Part shown: positions 59,648 to 64,000 of the stretch, one piece after another
Position numbering within the stretch: the first letter of the stretch is position 1
How the letters are laid out: every line of letters starts with the position of its first letter
Assembly: GCA_965205425.1 (NCBI GenBank)
Contig: CBDBGZ010000005.1
Span: 79,840-143,839 of the forward strand
DNA from: Nitrosopumilus sp.
GTDB taxonomy: Archaea; Thermoproteota; Nitrososphaeria; Nitrososphaerales; Nitrosopumilaceae
Reading direction: 5' to 3'
Length of the DNA stretch: 64,000 bases
The notes under the pieces: generated by a model
Seen by the model: only the letters and a program-made list of their open reading frames with translations
The model's database searches: none
What the model was told of the DNA's origin: nothing
Made by a program: the position numbers and the translations under genes

Positions 59648-59833
59648 TTATTCTGCTTCAAACTTGTCACAACCAGAAGTACAAGGTTTATTCATTACAC
59701 CCTCACATACGTCTAATTCATTATGCATGATACGATGATGTCCACAAATTTTACATTTTTCTCTAAAATAGGAAATCAGCTCAGCAGTAGAAATGTTTGA
59801 ATTTTGGATTTTGGATTCAGTTTCACTAGTCAT
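59648..59833 (-). CDS. Small Cys/His protein
   Basis: CKICGHHRIMH...C...CTSGC. Confidence 0.7.
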   Translation of the reverse strand: MTSETESKIQNSNISTAELISYFREKCKICGHHRIMHNELDVCEGVMNKPCTSGCDKFEAE

Positions 59834-60113
59834 GATGATTTTCAGTAATCAAGTTAGTTTAAACATTTTGAACAGGCAACATAATAAATCACCAGGGCAA
59901 TATCCATCATGAGCATTGTAAAATTTATCAATAAAATGAGTCATAGACAATTTTATCTAATTTTTGGAACAGGATGCATAGTTGCATTTTATTTTCTTTT
60001 TACAAATTGTTATCAGTTGTATGGAGACCATTGTTTCTACGTCCCATAATTGAATAAACCTCAATTTTTTTATTTTAATAATACTAATTTACCCAAAAAA
60101 TCATCAAATAATA

Positions 60114-60299
60114 TTGGTTGAATCTAATCAAGAAAACGATAAATATGAAACAATAATGATTGAATCAAAAATCAGAGAAGGTGTTTTTCATAAAGTTGTT
60201 AAAGATAAAGAAAGTGGAAAAGCTGTTTCTTGTTCTTGCAAATGTTGGAGTAAAGGAAACAAGCCTTGTGTAGGCATGAGAACTATTGGTTTTGAATAA
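60114..60299 (+). CDS. Small SWIM-like Cys protein next to tRNA 3' end
   Basis: CSCKCW...PC. Confidence 0.5.
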   Translation: MVESNQENDKYETIMIESKIREGVFHKVVKDKESGKAVSCSCKCWSKGNKPCVGMRTIGFE

Positions 60300-60321
60300 T
60301 AAGTGAAATTAGTATTAGAAG

Positions 60322-60403
60322 CGCCGAGAGAGGGATTCGAACCCCCGCACGCTTTCGCGTAGCCGTTTTCGAGACGGCCGCCGTACTACTTGGCTATCTC
60401 GGC
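60322..60403 (-). tRNA. tRNA-Ser(CGA)
   Basis: GCCGAGA acceptor stem, anticodon arm GCCGT-CTCGAAA-ACGGC, long variable arm, GGTTCGAATCC. Confidence 0.95.
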
Positions 60404-60446
60404 ATCTATTCTGAGAACACCTCCATAATAAAGCGAATTGATAAGA

Positions 60447-60713
60447 TCAAATTTTATCAATATCGAATAATTCATCTTTGAATTTCTTTTTGATTTGATC
60501 TTTTGTTCTATTCCATTCATCTTGAGTTACAGAATCTGTGAAAATAGAATAAAATCTATCAAAATACTCATCATTTAATGCTGAAGTGATTTCTTGTTTT
60601 TCAGATTCAGAAAAAGCAAAGTATGAAATAATTTTGGATATAGAATCATCAGATTCATAGCGTATTTCAAAAATTTTATCCTGTAAATGATCTGGAAATT
60701 TTTGTGGCACCAT
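60447..60713 (-). CDS. Conserved hypothetical protein
   Basis: 88-aa ORF. Confidence 0.7.
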   Translation of the reverse strand: MVPQKFPDHLQDKIFEIRYESDDSISKIISYFAFSESEKQEITSALNDEYFDRFYSIFTDSVTQDEWNRTKDQIKKKFKDELFDIDKI

Positions 60714-60822
60714 TAAGTTTTGAATGGTTTGTACATTAAAATGGATTTTAAAATAGTATGAACAAATTACCGATCAATTTGAAAGGATAAACACAAAATA
60801 CCAGAAAACATCAAGGAATTTC

Positions 60823-61842
60823 ATGGGATTAAATCTAAAAGAATTGGTAGTTAGAGAGAAAACAACTCTTGAAGCATTTTCAAATAAAGTAATAGCAATT
60901 GATGCGTATAATGCAATTTACCAATTTTTGGCAAGTATTAGGGGTCCTGATGGATTACAGCTAACGGATACAGAAGGAAGGATTACCAGCCATCTTAGTG
61001 GATTACTTTACAGAAATGTAAATTTTCTATCATTAGGAATTAAACCAGTTTATGTTTTTGATGGAAAACCTCCATCACTAAAAACTGCTGAAATTGAGCG
61101 TAGAAAACAGATCAAAAAAGATGCCACTGTAAAATATGAAAAAGCAGTTGCAGAAGGGAATATGGAAGATGCAAGAAAATTTGCACAACAAACAACCAGC
61201 ATGAGAGATGGAATGGTAAAAGAATCAAAAGAATTTCTTACATATTTTGGTATTCCATATATCGAAGCCCCATCAGAGGGAGAAGCAACAGCAGCTCATC
61301 TAACAAACACAGGACAAGCATATGCATCTGCCAGTCAAGATTATGATTCTGTTTTATGTGGAGCAAAAAGATTGGTAAGGAATTTTACCAGTAGTGGAAG
61401 AAGAAAAATTCCTAATAGAAATACCTACATCGATGTGTTACCAGAAATTATTGAAACGCAAAAAACATTAGATTCAATCGAAATGACAAGAAAAGAATTA
61501 ATTGATGTTGGGATTTTAATTGGTACAGATTTCAATCCAAACGGATTTGAAAGAATTGGTCCAAAAACAGCAATGAAATTAATCAGACAACATTCAAGGT
61601 TAGAAGACATTCCACAAATACGAGAACAGTTAGAAGAAATAGATTTTCAACAAATACGAGAAATATTTCTAAATCCAGAAGTTGCAGAAGTTGATGAAAT
61701 TATATTCAATGAAGTAGATCATGAAGGAGTTATGAAATATCTTAAAGAGAGAAGTTTTTCAGAAGAGAGAATTCAATCAACATTAAACAGATTAAAAAAA
61801 GCCTTGGAGAAAAAGAGTCAAAATCTCGATCAATGGTTTTAG
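60823..61842 (+). CDS. fen: Flap endonuclease 1
   Basis: [27 protein letters not shown] box QNLDQWF. Confidence 0.97.
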   Translation: MGLNLKELVVREKTTLEAFSNKVIAIDAYNAIYQFLASIRGPDGLQLTDTEGRITSHLSGLLYRNVNFLSLGIKPVYVFDGKPPSLKTAEIERRKQIKKDATVKYEKAVAEGNMEDARKFAQQTTSMRDGMVKESKEFLTYFGIPYIEAPSEGEATAAHLTNTGQAYASASQDYDSVLCGAKRLVRNFTSSGRRKIPNRNTYIDVLPEIIETQKTLDSIEMTRKELIDVGILIGTDFNPNGFERIGPKTAMKLIRQHSRLEDIPQIREQLEEIDFQQIREIFLNPEVAEVDEIIFNEVDHEGVMKYLKERSFSEERIQSTLNRLKKALEKKSQNLDQWF

Positions 61843-62036
61843 CTAACAAATTCATCTTTTATACTTCAGAGTTTGACTAATTTTGTGGTCAAACAGTATT
61901 ACAAAGTTCTAAAAAAATTCAATTCCAAAAAAGACTATGGAATCAAAATCAGACCACAATACGCAAGATGCCTATCTATGCTCAAAGTAGGTCAAAAAAT
62001 CAATCAAAAGGACTTTGCAAGTGAATTTGGGCACTC

Positions 62037-62288
62037 ATGTTAAAACTAAATATTCCACGAAATAGGAAAGCTCTCTATTTTGTTTTGGGAATTATTGGAA
62101 CAATTACTGTTAATTTAATTCGAATTTTCTCATTATCTTGGTATGCTCTAAAAGTAACTACAGATCCTGTAGCATGGGAAGAATATCACAAAATTGCAGG
62201 TGAAATAATGTTTTTGCCTTGGCTATTTGCTTTCATTCTAGTTGTGATTATAATAGAATCAAGACGTCTAAAGAAACTTGAGCAATAG
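62037..62288 (+). pseudogene. C-terminal fragment of an exosortase/archaeosortase
   Basis: VNLIRIF (Arg) and WEEYH (His) motifs; catalytic Cys region absent. Confidence 0.65.
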
Positions 62289-62384
62289 TGTCTAGAGAGC
62301 TAAAAATCCACATACCTCTACTAATATTCCCATCAAAACGTTCTGAATAATGTATCTCAGATTATTCAGTATTTTGTCAATTTA

Positions 62385-63866
62385 TCACAAATCAACTGAA
62401 TCGTGCTGTTTCACAGATAATACATTTCCATGCCATTTCTTGTGATATTCGTCATGTTGTGTATGAATCGGAATTAGTTTTTTAGCATTAGAGCCGTCAA
62501 TGACTCGTTTTATCTGAGTACCATCTCCATGACCTGAAACATGGATTTGATGACAATCTTGGTCTTTTTTGATTACTCCAAAGTGAGTAAACCAATTTTT
62601 GATTTGTTCTTCTTTTAGTTCCATTTCTAAGTCAAAAGGTTCTGTTAATGAGCGAATGTATGTAGCCCCTTCATCAGGCTTGATATCTATCAAATCTTGG
62701 AGTCTGAAATCACTGCAAAAGAATATGAAATTTTTCTGGTTTGCTTTGATATCTCTATAATCCACGGCATTTGGATAATCCAAAAATTCTCTTTGCCATT
62801 CCGCATAATCCATGTAGAATTGCCTATCTGAGAACTTCTCCAAATCCTTATCTAATAATCCCCAAGTTCCTCTTTGAATGTAGATTTTGATATTACTATC
62901 AGTTGGTGAGGGATAGTGTCCTTTTAGGTTCTCTGATTGAGAAAATAGTTTTAACAAATATGCTTGCTTCATGTCAATTACCAAATCACGATTAGTTTGT
63001 TTTGCGGATTCATAAAAAGATAACAATCTATCTAAATCTCTAATAGGATAACCACATATTGCCAAACCATTTGTTTTGTTTACAATATCTGTAACGGTAG
63101 ATTCTACATCATATTCTGTTAATGATTGTGTTGAATTCACTCTAGTTCCTTCACATAGTAACAAGTCTAGGGAAGAGTCCCCACATTTTTCTACAAACTT
63201 TTCGGTATCTTTACTTCGTCTACCATGGAATCGTAAATCGGCAGTGTTTCCAATTGTACCTTCAGAAGTATGTAAAATAAAAGCATGAACTCCTGCAATA
63301 GAGTGGTCTACGGGTAATGGATTAACATTGATTGAATCAATTGAAAACTCTTTTCCGGATTGAAATGTTTTGATAGTACGAGGAACCTTTACTTTATCTC
63401 CAATGGCACGACTAATTTCTCCTTTTTTATTTTCATAGATTTGAAATTTTTCTTTTAGTGTCAGATATTGATCAGTACCAGTCTCATCAAAGTTTTGCAT
63501 TATCAATTTTGATTCTTCAGAGCAGTAAATTGGAATATCCGGTCTCAAGTATGGAATGTATGCACAATGATCAACATGGGCATGAGTCAACAGTATGCCG
63601 TCAACGGATGTTTCTTCATCTCCGCCAAACCCTACATGTTTAGCATAGTCTCTACGATACAATCCCTTGATTTTAGGTAAAATTCCAAGCTCAAACATGT
63701 CTGCTAGGGTGTTAGAGCCTCTAGCACTCATGAATTGAGAGAAAAACTGTCCTTCTTCTGAAAAAGACATACCAAAATCCATGAACAGAGATGTGCCTTT
63801 GTCTTTGACTAGGAACTTGTTTCCTCCAATGTCATTTACTCCTCCGTGAAATGTAACACTAGTCAT
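62385..63866 (-). CDS. MBL-fold beta-CASP (RNase J-like) nuclease
   Basis: GGVNDIGGN, THAHVDH, VDHS, CEGT, HVSGH, PIHT. Confidence 0.9.
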   Translation of the reverse strand: MTSVTFHGGVNDIGGNKFLVKDKGTSLFMDFGMSFSEEGQFFSQFMSARGSNTLADMFELGILPKIKGLYRRDYAKHVGFGGDEETSVDGILLTHAHVDHCAYIPYLRPDIPIYCSEESKLIMQNFDETGTDQYLTLKEKFQIYENKKGEISRAIGDKVKVPRTIKTFQSGKEFSIDSINVNPLPVDHSIAGVHAFILHTSEGTIGNTADLRFHGRRSKDTEKFVEKCGDSSLDLLLCEGTRVNSTQSLTEYDVESTVTDIVNKTNGLAICGYPIRDLDRLLSFYESAKQTNRDLVIDMKQAYLLKLFSQSENLKGHYPSPTDSNIKIYIQRGTWGLLDKDLEKFSDRQFYMDYAEWQREFLDYPNAVDYRDIKANQKNFIFFCSDFRLQDLIDIKPDEGATYIRSLTEPFDLEMELKEEQIKNWFTHFGVIKKDQDCHQIHVSGHGDGTQIKRVIDGSNAKKLIPIHTQHDEYHKKWHGNVLSVKQHDSVDL

Positions 63867-64000
63867 AAAATAATGAAGGTAAGAGAGTATTAAAGAACAA
63901 CTCTAATTTTCAACCCTAAAGTTTTAGTGTAAATGATTTTCAGGTAACTTTTTGTAGTTAATGTCAAAAGAAAATCTATTGGTTTTATTCAAACGAAATA

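Noticed and set aside
59880-60321. Integrated element at tRNA-Ser 3' end
   Set aside because: No duplicated tRNA 3' end and no integrase nearby

Overview
AT-rich archaeal chromosome segment. Gene content (archaeal EF-2, FEN1, MqnD/MqnE, PAC2, DUF5679, phasin-like and secreted anchored proteins, tRNA-Ser(CGA)) points to a Nitrosopumilus-like ammonia-oxidising thaumarchaeon (inference). The main discovery is an apparently complete ~12.7-kb provirus at 259-12973. It encodes a double-jelly-roll major capsid protein resembling STIV B345 along its length, an FtsK/HerA (A32/B204-type) packaging ATPase, jelly-roll vertex and collagen-spike proteins, many small membrane and Zn-finger proteins, a very basic DNA-condensing protein and a tyrosine integrase, but no recognisable replication protein. 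It is not in a tRNA gene. It is bounded by TTTAA direct repeats inside a host secreted-protein gene, and in silico excision restores that gene in frame and closes the terminal viral ORF. The element also shows two apparent CTG-start genes, a highly structured integrase leader, and strong 4-5-mer biases. The rest of the window is host housekeeping DNA with two IS5/IS4-like copies, two IS630 copies (one carrying a nested IS), an IS481, another DDE IS, and a decayed island with type I R-M remnants (36.3-44.2 kb). Several single-base frameshifts may be assembly errors. All homology calls are from motif recognition by eye; no searches were run.
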